This document shows positions 39,014 to 48,295 of a stretch of 64,000 nt of DNA, one piece after another (the stretch's first letter is position 1; each line of letters opens with the position of its first letter). The stretch comes from a virus. The stretch is taken from positions 1 through 64,000 of the IMG/VR virus record IMGVR_UViG_3300025154_000061; one strand, written 5' to 3'. Both the position numbers and the translations under genes were made by a program. The notes beneath the pieces are model-generated. The model had not been told where the DNA came from and searched no databases. It saw nothing but the letters and a program-made list of their open reading frames with translations.

Positions 39014-39393
39014 CCAAGCTCGAAGACGCTCGCGCCCGGTTCGCCGCGAAGAACGGCGCCGCGAAGCCCGCGTCGACGCCGTCGCCCGAGCCCGCGCGCC
39101 CGAAGCAAAACGTCGCCGCCATGCTAGGCAAGGGGGGCGGTTCGACGGGGATCGACCCTGCCGCCATGCGCACCGCACGGGGGCGGGGTGGGCGGTTCAC
39201 GCTCGACCGCGCCCACGACGACGCGACGATCGGCTTCGGCAAGTATTCGGGAACGCGCGTTTCGGTTCTCGCGAATGACGAGGAAGGGCGGGGGTATCTG
39301 CGTTGGATGCTCACCCAAGAGTTCCCCGAGGCGCTGCTCGAAATCGTGCGGCACGCTCTCGACTCGACGCCTGAACTCGGGGGCCGACGGTGA
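39010..39393 (+). CDS. small protein with DUF3820/ExoX-C-like motif
   Basis: IGFGKYSGTRV...GYLRWML. Confidence 0.65.
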   Translation: MTKLEDARARFAAKNGAAKPASTPSPEPARPKQNVAAMLGKGGGSTGIDPAAMRTARGRGGRFTLDRAHDDATIGFGKYSGTRVSVLANDEEGRGYLRWMLTQEFPEALLEIVRHALDSTPELGGRR

Positions 39394-39656
39394 TCGACGT
39401 CGCCCGTCTGCGCGCTCGACGCGAGGGCTCGATCCGCTTCCCGGTCGAGAACGCCGGGAGGCTCGACGTCGTGCTCGGCTTCGGCCCGTTCAAGGGCTAC
39501 GCTGCGAGCGCGATCGCGCTGACGTCGAGGGGGCGCGCCTACCTGTCGCGCCTTTGGTGCGAGCACGGGCTACCGCACGCGGTCAAGAGCGCGATCGCGT
39601 GGCAACTAGAGTTCGCGCTCGACGAGCCCGACTCACTCTTCGGCGAGGTGTGCTGA
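39390..39656 (+). CDS. second DUF3820-like small protein
   Basis: LGFGPFKG...GRAYLSRLW. Confidence 0.55.
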   Translation: MIDVARLRARREGSIRFPVENAGRLDVVLGFGPFKGYAASAIALTSRGRAYLSRLWCEHGLPHAVKSAIAWQLEFALDEPDSLFGEVC

Positions 39657-42600
39657 ATGCCCGAGAACTTCGTTCACTGCCACGTTCACACCCACGCGAG
39701 CGCCTTCGACGGGCTCGGCACCGCGAGCGACTTCTTCAAGCGGGCTGCCGAAATGGGGCAAGTCGCCCTCGCGACGACCGAACACGGCACGCTGCGCGGG
39801 CTCTACGAGGCGACGACGGCCGCGAAAGAGACGGGGGTCAAGTTCATCCCCGGGTGTGAGTTCTACCTCGCCGACGACGCCCTCGCGCGGGGGTTGACGA
39901 AGGAAGAGAAAGCCGCGATCGAAGGGGCGGCCGCCCGTGACGGCGGCGATCCGAAGGAACTCGCCAAGGCGGCCGAGCGCCTGCGCCGCGAGCGCGATCA
40001 CGTCACGGTTTGGGCGCTCGACGACGAGGGGCTCGGGAACTTGATCGCGCTCTCGTCGTGGTCGTGGCGAGAGGGCTTCTATTACAAGCCGCGCGTCGAC
40101 GTCGCCCGGTTGACGTCCCGTTCGCGCGGGCTCGCGATCTCGACGGGCTGTCTCGGGGGCGTCGTTTCGGCGCCGCTGCGAGTCGGCGACGTGCGCGTCG
40201 CGTTCGACCGCCTCGACCGCCTCGTCGCTGCGTTCCCCGGGCGAGTCTACGTCGAGCTTCAACCGCACTGCCCGCCCGGGGCCGAGGGGCTCGCCGAGAA
40301 GCTCGCCCGGCTCGCGCGCGACTACGATTTACCCGTGATCGCGACGCAGGATGCGCACTACCCCCGCCGCGACGACAGCGTCGCGCAAGAGGCCCTCTTG
40401 TGCGTGGGGACGCGCGACAAGATCGCGAACCCCGATCGCTTCCGCTTCGACTCTCGCGAGTATTGGCTTCGCTCGCGCGCTGAAATGGCCGAGGCGTTCG
40501 CCGCGAACTGCCCCGGGCTCTCGTCGCTCGTCGTCGAGAAGGCTCTCGACGAGACGGTCGCCTTCGCTGAACGGTGCTCGGCCCGGCTTGCCCTCCCCGG
40601 CGCGGGCGCCTACCTCGCCGCGCCCGCGTTGCCCGAGGGCGTGACGACCTACGATGCTTGGTTGCTCCACCTCTGCGCGATCGGTTCGATCGCGAGATAT
40701 GGCAAGTCTATTTCCGATCTTCCGACCGAGCACCTCGCCCGGCTGCGCGCCGAACTCACGACGATCAAGAGCCTCGGCTTCGCTGCTTACTTCGCAATGG
40801 TCTACGACCTGCGGGCGTGGGCTCGCGCGCAAGGGATCTTCGTCGGCCCGGGGCGTGGGTCGGCCGCAGGCTCGCTCGTTGCCTACCTCGCGAGGATCGT
40901 CGACGTCGACCCGATCCGACACGGGCTGTCGTTCGATCGCTTCCTCGCACCCGGCCGCGTCGACCTGCCCGATATCGATCTCGACTTTGAAGACGAGCGC
41001 CGCGACGAGGTGCTCGTCTACCTGCGCGAGCGCTACGGCGAAGACCGGGTCGCGCATATCTCGACGGTGGGAACGATGCGGGGGAAGAGCCTCGCCCGCG
41101 ACCTCGGCCGGATCTATGGCGTGCCCGATCGCGACGTCTCGGCCGTCGCCTCGGTGCTACCCGACGCGACAGAAGACGTGCCTATGATCGAGGCCCTCGC
41201 CTCGACCGCGATCGGCCGCGAGTTTGCCGAGCGCTACCCCGACGTCGTCGACGTGGCGACGCGCCTCGAAGGTCAAATGCGCGGGGTGGGGCTTCACCCC
41301 GCAGGCGTGGTCGTCTCGCGCGTTCCTGTCGCCACGATCGCCCCGGTCGAGACTCGCCCGCGCAAGGGCGGGGAACGGGTCGCCGCTGTCGCGTGGGATA
41401 TGGTGGCGGTAGAGAAGGCGGGGTTCGTCAAGATCGACGTGCTCGGGCTGCGCGCGCTCTCGTTCTTGCGGCGCGCCTGCCTGCTCGCCGGGATCGCCGA
41501 CCCGACGACGATCGAACTCGAAGACGCCGAGGCCCTCGACGCCTTCACTGCGCACCGCTTCGGCGGGATTTTCCAGTTCGACACGCCCTCGGCCCGCAAG
41601 GCTTGTCGGGGGTTCGTCTTCCGCCGCTTCGCCGATATCGCCGCCATGACCGCGCTCGACCGCCCCGGCCCTATGCAGACCGGCATGGTTGCCGAGTTCG
41701 TGAAGCGCAGTGAAGATCCGTCGCTCGTGCCCGCGTTCAATCCCGTCTACGATAGGATCACCGCCGAGACGTTCGGGGTCGTGGTCTACCAAGAGCAGAT
41801 CGTCGCGCTGGCCCGCGAGCTTGCAGGCTTCACGCCCGAGGCCGCCGACAAGTTCCGCAAGGCGATCTCGAAGAAGAAGCGGGAAGAGGTCGATGCGATC
41901 CTGCCCGTCTTCGTGAAGGGCTGCGTCGACGTGGGCGGGATGGATCGGGGCGACGCCGAGAAGTTTGCAGAATCATTGGAGGGCTTCGCCGAGTATTGTT
42001 TCAACAAGGCGCACGCGATCTCGTATGCCGCGATCGCGCTTTGGTCAATGCACTTGAAGGTTCACTATCCCGAGGCGTTCTTCGCCGCGTTCTTGCAGAC
42101 CGAGCCGAACGCCCAAGTTCAATTGAGAGTCGCCGCCGAGGCCCGGCACCTCGGGATCCCGGTCATGCCGCCCGACGTCAACGCCGCCGCCGAAGGGCTT
42201 ACGCTTGCCTATTCCTCGACCGGGGCCGCGCAGATCGTGAACGGGATCGCCGAGATCAAGGGGATCGGCAAGCCGACCGCCGCCTCGATCGCGGCCCGCG
42301 CGCCGTTCAAGTCGCTTGTCGACTTCTACGATCGCACGGCTGGCGACGGGCTGCGCGTCACGGTCGCGACGTTCGAGCTTCTCGCCCGCGCTACCGCCTT
42401 CCGCTCGCTCTTCCCGAGCGTGCGCTTCCTCGTCGAGAACGCCCGCGAGGTGTGGGATTGGTTGAAGGTGGGGGTCGAGCCCGTGCTCGACGTCGACTAC
42501 GACTACGACGGCGACACGATCGCTCGAATCGCTGGCGAGGTGTGCCCGCTCTACGTCGACGCGAAGGGGCGTTCTGCGTTCACGGTCGTCGAGCGCCTAC

Positions 42601-43259
42601 TTCGAGAGGGGACACGCCGCGAGATCGCTACCGTGGGCGAAATCGCCGACGCTGGCGCCTACGTCGTGCTCGCCCGCGTCAGCGCCGCCCGGCTCTTCTC
42701 GGAAGACGGGGGCGGGAAGACGCTTCGAGTGCTGCTATCCGACAACGAGGGCGCCGAGGTCGCCGCGAAAGTCGATCAAGACGTGACCGAGGCGACGCTC
42801 GGGGTGCTCGACGATCCCGGTCGGCTCGTGCTCGTCGTGTTGCGCGTCTCGAATCGCGGGATGATCACGGTTGAAGTCGGGCTCGACGCGAACGCAGCGA
42901 TCACCACGTCTTCGCCGCTCGCCGACGCGATCTTGCGCCCGAAGCGCACGAGCCCCCGCGACCCGGGCGCCGCCCTCGAACGCACCCCGCCCGACGCGTC
43001 GTTCGCTGCCGAGGGCGTGGTCGTGCGATCCTTGAAGCGCCGCGACAAGTCGGGGGGCAAGCTGCGCGTCGTGACCCTTGCCGGTTCGGCGGGCTTCGCG
43101 CGCTTCTTCGTCTTCGATCGTCGGCACCGCGCCGACGTCAAGGCGCTGACCGTCGGCGCTCGGGTGCGCGTCAAGTTGACGCGCCTCGAAGGCGACGCCG
43201 CCTGCCTCGCCGACGCGGCCGTCGAGGTGTGCGCGACGCTTGCGCCCGCCGTTTCGTAA
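39657..43259 (+). CDS. dnaE: DNA polymerase III alpha subunit (family C, PHP domain)
   Basis: HCHVHT, TEHG, GPGRGSAAGS, LPDIDLDF, KIDVLGL, YQEQ, FNKAHA motifs; no intein. Confidence 0.95.
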   Translation: MPENFVHCHVHTHASAFDGLGTASDFFKRAAEMGQVALATTEHGTLRGLYEATTAAKETGVKFIPGCEFYLADDALARGLTKEEKAAIEGAAARDGGDPKELAKAAERLRRERDHVTVWALDDEGLGNLIALSSWSWREGFYYKPRVDVARLTSRSRGLAISTGCLGGVVSAPLRVGDVRVAFDRLDRLVAAFPGRVYVELQPHCPPGAEGLAEKLARLARDYDLPVIATQDAHYPRRDDSVAQEALLCVGTRDKIANPDRFRFDSREYWLRSRAEMAEAFAANCPGLSSLVVEKALDETVAFAERCSARLALPGAGAYLAAPALPEGVTTYDAWLLHLCAIGSIARYGKSISDLPTEHLARLRAELTTIKSLGFAAYFAMVYDLRAWARAQGIFVGPGRGSAAGSLVAYLARIVDVDPIRHGLSFDRFLAPGRVDLPDIDLDFEDERRDEVLVYLRERYGEDRVAHISTVGTMRGKSLARDLGRIYGVPDRDVSAVASVLPDATEDVPMIEALASTAIGREFAERYPDVVDVATRLEGQMRGVGLHPAGVVVSRVPVATIAPVETRPRKGGERVAAVAWDMVAVEKAGFVKIDVLGLRALSFLRRACLLAGIADPTTIELEDAEALDAFTAHRFGGIFQFDTPSARKACRGFVFRRFADIAAMTALDRPGPMQTGMVAEFVKRSEDPSLVPAFNPVYDRITAETFGVVVYQEQIVALARELAGFTPEAADKFRKAISKKKREEVDAILPVFVKGCVDVGGMDRGDAEKFAESLEGFAEYCFNKAHAISYAAIALWSMHLKVHYPEAFFAAFLQTEPNAQVQLRVAAEARHLGIPVMPPDVNAAAEGLTLAYSSTGAAQIVNGIAEIKGIGKPTAASIAARAPFKSLVDFYDRTAGDGLRVTVATFELLARATAFRSLFPSVRFLVENAREVWDWLKVGVEPVLDVDYDYDGDTIARIAGEVCPLYVDAKGRSAFTVVERLLREGTRREIATVGEIADAGAYVVLARVSAARLFSEDGGGKTLRVLLSDNEGAEVAAKVDQDVTEATLGVLDDPGRLVLVVLRVSNRGMITVEVGLDANAAITTSSPLADAILRPKRTSPRDPGAALERTPPDASFAAEGVVVRSLKRRDKSGGKLRVVTLAGSAGFARFFVFDRRHRADVKALTVGARVRVKLTRLEGDAACLADAAVEVCATLAPAVS

Positions 43260-43260
43260 C
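43233..43260 (+). promoter_or_regulatory. GCGACG-N16-CGTAAC motif upstream of the HU-like gene
   Basis: Recurring motif, 16-nt spacer. Confidence 0.6.
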
Positions 43261-43285
43261 ACTGGCAGACCTGGGGGAACGAAGC

Positions 43286-43567
43286 ATGAAGAGCACGAAC
43301 CAATCGACCCTTGCAGACGTCGCCCGCCGAGCGGGCGTCGACGCAGAGGTCGCCGAGAAGATCGTCGAAGCGCTGCTCGAAGAGGCGAAGCTCGGCCGCA
43401 AGGTTTGGATCCGCTCGCTTGGGATCTTCCGGGTGACGCATACCAAGGCCCGCGAGCACGCGACGCCGCTCGTGCCCGGGGGGATCGCCAAGATTCCCGC
43501 GCGCTGCGTGCTGCGCTTCCGCAGTTCCGAGGCCGCGCAAGAGTTCTTGAATCGGGGGCAGGCGTGA
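43286..43567 (+). CDS. HU/IHF-like DNA-binding protein
   Basis: GRKVWIRSLGIF...KAR...KIPAR.VLRFR. Confidence 0.85.
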   Translation: MKSTNQSTLADVARRAGVDAEVAEKIVEALLEEAKLGRKVWIRSLGIFRVTHTKAREHATPLVPGGIAKIPARCVLRFRSSEAAQEFLNRGQA

Positions 43568-44172
43568 CGACGTCGCCCGCTGCCCGGCACAAGGCCGTCG
43601 GCCGCACGTTCACGCTCGACGGGGGCGAACGCGTGACGCTGCTCGTTGGGGATCTCTTCCCGGGCGAGGATCTCGACGAGGAAGCCGGTTGGTTGTCGTC
43701 GACGATCGGGCTCGTCGGGGAACTGCTCGGGCAGACGACGCACGCGCTCGAACGCGAAGACGCCGCCTATCGACGTTGGCGCGCGGGGGCTTCGCGCGAC
43801 GTGCTCGCCAGCGAGCCGAAGACCCCCGAATGGAAGATCAAGCACGAGGTCGAGAACGACCCGAAGTTCGAGGCGTTCAAGAACCGGGTCGCCGCGCTCG
43901 AAGGCGACAGCGAGTTCTTGCGCGCCTATCACGACGCGCTGCGCACCAAGTCGAGCATGATCCGCGCCCGGGTGGAACTGCGCGGGGGCGAGCGCCGCTC
44001 GCAGCACGAGCCCGACACGCGCGGGGACGAGGAACGAGGATCGGCCGGGGGTGTCACCCGGCCGCGCTTCTACGAGCCCGAGGTTCGCGAGCCGACCGCC
44101 GATCGTGCGGCCCGCGTGCGAGAGGCTCTCGCGAACGGCAGGAAATCACCGAAGGAAGGGGAACGGCAATGA
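43564..44172 (+). CDS. coiled-coil protein, possible UvsY-like recombination mediator
   Basis: Helical, KTPEWKIKHEVENDPKF; located before SSB and RecA. Confidence 0.45.
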   Translation: MTTSPAARHKAVGRTFTLDGGERVTLLVGDLFPGEDLDEEAGWLSSTIGLVGELLGQTTHALEREDAAYRRWRAGASRDVLASEPKTPEWKIKHEVENDPKFEAFKNRVAALEGDSEFLRAYHDALRTKSSMIRARVELRGGERRSQHEPDTRGDEERGSAGGVTRPRFYEPEVREPTADRAARVREALANGRKSPKEGERQ

Positions 44173-45461
44173 GTCTCGATCTTGGCAAGCTGCGCGATCG
44201 CCACGCGCAGGGGAAGCGTTTCGCTGGCGGCGACAAGGGGTCGTTCTTGAAGATCCCCGACGGCCTCTCGACCTACTACCTCGTCGCGCCGACCGAGGCA
44301 ATGGGGGGGATCCCGTTCGTCGAGTTCCTCGTTCACCGCGAGGTCGGCCCCGAAGGCAAGATGACCGTGTGTCTCGCCGACGAGAACGAGATCTTGCGCG
44401 ACCCGAGCGTCGCGCCCGCGCTGCGCGAGAAGGGCGTCGACGTCGGTCGCTGCCCGGTCGACGACTTCCTCGCCGACGACGCGGCGGCCGCGTCGCTGCC
44501 CGAGGTGAAGCTCGCGAAGATGGTCGCGAAGCCGCAATATCTCTTCGCGGTCGTGCCGTGGGAAATCCAGAACGCGGCGGGCGAACTCGTGCCCCTGCCC
44601 GACGGCGATCGCGTGCCCCGCCCGCTCTTCTGCGGCCCGCAGATATGGGATGGGATCTGCGACGTGATCGAGGCCGAGGGCAACGTCACCGATCCGAACG
44701 CCGCGATCTTGATCCGCATCAAGAAGAGCGTCGTCAAGAAGCGCACGAGCTACAAGGTCGAGGTCGACACCCGCTGCATTCGCGAGCCGATTCGGATCTC
44801 GAAGTCGACCAAGGCCGCGATCGCCGCCGCCTGCGCCTCGACGGGCGACTGCAACCTCTTCCGCATCGTCGTCAACATGACGAAGAGCGCCGACGTCGTC
44901 GACGCCTTCCTGCGCGGCGACACGGTCGAGACGCGCACGACGACCACGGGCGACGCCAAGCCGCACTGTTACTCGAAGGATCACGACCACGACGACGACG
45001 AGTGTCGCGTCTGCGTCTACGAGGTCGACTGCGCGAAGGCGTGCGGCACCGCGCCGTTCAAGGGCGCCGACAAGCCCGCGCCGCGTGGCGCCGTGACCGC
45101 CGCGCCCGCCACGAAGCCCGCCCCGGCCGCTGCCGCCGTCAAGGCGCCCGCCGCCCGCGCGGCCGCCCGGCCCGCGACGCCGCCGCCCCCGCCGCCCGAA
45201 GAGGAAGAACCCGAGTTCGACGCCGACCCGCCCGCGCCCGAACCGCCCCCGCCGCCGCCGCCCGCGCGTCGTCGTGCGGCGACGCCCCCGCCGCCGCCCG
45301 AGCCCGAGAGCAGCGTCGACGACGCGTTCCCCGACGAGCCCGAGCCCGGCGACGAGCCCGAGCCCGCCGAGGCCCCCGCCGCCGCGCCCGTCGACGAGGA
45401 TCCCCTCGCCGAGATCGACCGCGAACTCGAAGCCCGCCGCGCGCGCAAGGGCGCCCGTTAG
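44169..45461 (+). CDS. single-stranded DNA-binding protein (gp32-like) with Pro-rich acidic tail
   Basis: FLKIPDG, H..V, C...CPV, TDP..A..IRIKK...TSYKV; acidic C-terminus; next to RecA. Confidence 0.7.
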   Translation: MSLDLGKLRDRHAQGKRFAGGDKGSFLKIPDGLSTYYLVAPTEAMGGIPFVEFLVHREVGPEGKMTVCLADENEILRDPSVAPALREKGVDVGRCPVDDFLADDAAAASLPEVKLAKMVAKPQYLFAVVPWEIQNAAGELVPLPDGDRVPRPLFCGPQIWDGICDVIEAEGNVTDPNAAILIRIKKSVVKKRTSYKVEVDTRCIREPIRISKSTKAAIAAACASTGDCNLFRIVVNMTKSADVVDAFLRGDTVETRTTTTGDAKPHCYSKDHDHDDDECRVCVYEVDCAKACGTAPFKGADKPAPRGAVTAAPATKPAPAAAAVKAPAARAAARPATPPPPPPEEEEPEFDADPPAPEPPPPPPPARRRAATPPPPPEPESSVDDAFPDEPEPGDEPEPAEAPAAAPVDEDPLAEIDRELEARRARKGAR

Positions 45462-45496
45462 AACCTTCAACCCGGGAACTTGATCGAGGTCTTTCA

Positions 45497-46633
45497 ATGT
45501 CGCACCGTGGCGCGTTCAGCACGAAGAAGGCGAAGTCGATCGCGAGCGCCCTCGCCCGCGATAAGGCGTTCGCCGAGTTCGACGATATCGTCGCGACGCG
45601 ACGACGCACGACCTCGATCTCGACGGGGTCGCCAACCCTCGATCTCGCAATCGGGATCGGGGGTTGGCCCCTCGCCCGGCTCTCGATCCTTCACGGGGGC
45701 GAGGCGACCGGCAAGACGACGATCGCTCTCGAAGCGGTCGCGCAGTGGCAGCGCGCCGGGGGCGTCGTGCTCTACGCCGACGTCGAGCACGCGCTCGATC
45801 TCGACTACCTCGCCCGCGTCGTGCCCGATCCCGAGGGGATCATTCTGACGCACCCGCCCTATATCGAGAAGGGCTTCGAGTTGTTCGCCGCCTTCATCGA
45901 TCGGGCGCGTGCCGCGAGCGTCGACGCGCCGCTCTTGATCGTGCTCGACTCGTTGCAGGCGTGGCCCGCAATGCGCACGTTCAACGGCGAGTATGATCGC
46001 CAGGACTACGGCCCCGAGGCGAACGCCTATTCGCGCGTGCTGCGCAAGTTCACCCCCAAGCTCTCGACGAGCAACACCGCCATGATCGCGATCTCGCAAG
46101 TGCGAACCAAAATGGACGGGTGGGGGAACTCGAAAGAGAAGGTCGGCGTCGGTCAAGCGCCGCTCTTCTATGCCAGCGTGATCGCCGACGTGAAGTCGAA
46201 GACCTTGCGCGGCACGACCGCCGAGGGCGTGACCGGGAATCACCTTCGGGTTCGCGTCGTCAAGAACAAGGTCGCCCCGCCGTTCCGCACGGCCGAGTTC
46301 GAGATCATCTTCGGCAAGGGCTTCGACCGCGTGCGCGCGCTCGTCGACTGCGCCAAGACGATCGGCGTCGCCCGTGCCTTGAAGGGGAAGATCCTTTGGA
46401 CGATCGACGGCGCCAAGGCCGACGCCTCGGGGCGAGCCTACGAGTGGGCGGCCGACGATCTGTCGAGTCTGCTCGTGAAGGCGCCCGACCTCTACGACGG
46501 GCTCTTCGATCACGTTCACGATCTGCTAGTCGCCCGGCCCGACTTGATCGCGGTCGAGGTCGACGCCAGCCCCGCCGAGATCGACCTCGACGCGCCGCCC
46601 GCCGACGCGCCCGAAGACGAGGGCGACGCGTGA
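45497..46633 (+). CDS. recA: RecA recombinase
   Basis: ISTGSPTLDLAIGIGGWP, GEATGKTT, DVEHALD, VKNKVAPPFRTAEF. Confidence 0.95.
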   Translation: MSHRGAFSTKKAKSIASALARDKAFAEFDDIVATRRRTTSISTGSPTLDLAIGIGGWPLARLSILHGGEATGKTTIALEAVAQWQRAGGVVLYADVEHALDLDYLARVVPDPEGIILTHPPYIEKGFELFAAFIDRARAASVDAPLLIVLDSLQAWPAMRTFNGEYDRQDYGPEANAYSRVLRKFTPKLSTSNTAMIAISQVRTKMDGWGNSKEKVGVGQAPLFYASVIADVKSKTLRGTTAEGVTGNHLRVRVVKNKVAPPFRTAEFEIIFGKGFDRVRALVDCAKTIGVARALKGKILWTIDGAKADASGRAYEWAADDLSSLLVKAPDLYDGLFDHVHDLLVARPDLIAVEVDASPAEIDLDAPPADAPEDEGDA

Positions 46634-47439
46634 CGCTACCGCACGACAAGCCCAAGAAGCCCGCGAAGCGCAAGCGCCCGGCCCGGCCCGAGGTCTTCGC
46701 GCGGTCTGCGGGGATCACCGCGCCGCGCCGCGATTGGGAAGCCGTGGGGCTAGACGTGTCTATCAATCACGCCGGGGCGGTCAAGCTCGACGGCGTCGAC
46801 GGGGAGCTTCTCGACTTCGCGTTCTTGACGCCCCTCGTCGGGCTCGCGAAGTCGAGCCGCTCGTTCGGCACGCGGATCCCCGCGTTCAAGCAGGCCGACG
46901 TCGAGCGGCACCAATCCGAGATCGACCGCCTGCGTTGGTTGCGCGAGTGGTTCGGCCGCCTCGCCGACCGCCTCTTCCCGCTCGACGGGGTCGACTACTT
47001 CGTCGCGATCGAAGACTACGCTCTCGACGCCGCCCGGGGGGCTCACCAAATGGGCGAGGTCGGGGGAGCGCTGCGGTTGGCGTTGTTCGACTTCGCCGCC
47101 CGGCACCCCGGCCGCTCGATCAACCTGCGCTTTTGGGAACCGGGTTCAGTCAAGATCTTCGCGACCGGCAACGGCAACGCCGAGAAGGAACTCGTCGGCG
47201 AGTGCGCTCGCGCCAAGTGGCGCACCGCGCCGCTATTCGGCGACGACGACGTCGACGGGGATCTCGCCGACGCGCACACCCTCGCCCGCATGGTTTGGCG
47301 CGAGTGCCGCGTTCGCCTCGGTCGCGACGCGCTCGCCGACCTGCCCGACGAAGAGCGCCGGATCTTCCTGCGCACCACGAAGAGCGAGCCCGTCGCGGTA
47401 TGCGACAGGCCGTTCGCGAGCTACCATGCCCCCGCGTAA
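46630..47439 (+). CDS. RuvC-like Holliday junction resolvase
   Basis: VGLDVS, VAIEDYA, GEVGG, VKIFATGNGNAEK, DLADA. Confidence 0.85.
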   Translation: MTLPHDKPKKPAKRKRPARPEVFARSAGITAPRRDWEAVGLDVSINHAGAVKLDGVDGELLDFAFLTPLVGLAKSSRSFGTRIPAFKQADVERHQSEIDRLRWLREWFGRLADRLFPLDGVDYFVAIEDYALDAARGAHQMGEVGGALRLALFDFAARHPGRSINLRFWEPGSVKIFATGNGNAEKELVGECARAKWRTAPLFGDDDVDGDLADAHTLARMVWRECRVRLGRDALADLPDEERRIFLRTTKSEPVAVCDRPFASYHAPA

Positions 47440-48295
47440 CCTTCGAGAACTCGGCGCCGAGTGGGCGACGTGCGCGCGTTGCCCGTTGCACGAGCGGCGC
47501 TCGTGCGTGATCGTGGGGGCTGCGGTCAAGAACGCGCCGACCGTCGACGATCCCCTTCTGCTCGTGATCGGCGAGGCGCCCGGCAGCGAGGAAGACGCCG
47601 AGGGCGTGCCGTTCGCCGGGAAGGCCGCCCGGGTCTTGCACGACGAGATCTTCGCGGGGGCTGGCGTTAGGCTTGCCTATGTCTCGAACTGCGTCGGCTG
47701 TCGCCCGCCCGGCAACCGCACCCCGGCACGCGCCGAGATCGAGGCGTGCGCGCCGCGTGTCGCTGCGTTGATCGAACTCACCGCGCCCGACGCGATCGTC
47801 GTGGTCGGCCCGGTCGCCGAGGAAGCCCTCGCCTCGGGGGTGTGGGGCGAGGGGGCCTCGACGCTGCCTTCCTGCGCGATCCTTCACCCGGCGACCCTTC
47901 TACACCGGGGGCACCCGACCGACGCAACGCGCCGGGCTTTGCGCGCCGAGGTCGCCAAGATCTCGCGCCTGCTCGTGCGCCTCGGGGCGAAGAGGCCCGC
48001 CAAAGCCGAGCCCGTGCCCGAGGTCGCCGAGGTCGTCGCGCCCGAGTGCGCGCACGTCGGGGTTCCGCTCGGTCGGCTCGTCGCTCGCGACGGCCGCGAG
48101 GCGCCCCTCGTAGTTTGTCGCGAGTGCGGCGTCGCCCTCTCGGATCCCAAGGCGGCAGGATTGACGCCAAGGCGTTCCGGCCGTCGAGGGGATACGACGT
48201 CAGGGGGCGCGCGCTCGAAACGCGCCACAATCGATCCTCGTGCGTCAGGCGACGAACGGGAGGGGGTAGACGATGCGACTCGCAACGATCGGTGA
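47426..48295 (+). CDS. uracil-DNA glycosylase family 4
   Basis: CARCPL, IGEAPG, GVPFAG, CRPPGNRTP, LHPA. Confidence 0.9.
   Translation: MPPRNLRELGAEWATCARCPLHERRSCVIVGAAVKNAPTVDDPLLLVIGEAPGSEEDAEGVPFAGKAARVLHDEIFAGAGVRLAYVSNCVGCRPPGNRTPARAEIEACAPRVAALIELTAPDAIVVVGPVAEEALASGVWGEGASTLPSCAILHPATLLHRGHPTDATRRALRAEVAKISRLLVRLGAKRPAKAEPVPEVAEVVAPECAHVGVPLGRLVARDGREAPLVVCRECGVALSDPKAAGLTPRRSGRRGDTTSGGARSKRATIDPRASGDEREGVDDATRNDR

Noticed and set aside
39657-43259. Intein in dnaE (a common insertion target)
   Set aside because: The EYCFNKAH region is uninterrupted and no Hint motifs were seen.
48161-48189. TTGACG as a promoter upstream of sbcD
   Set aside because: No acceptable -10 element at 17-nt spacing.
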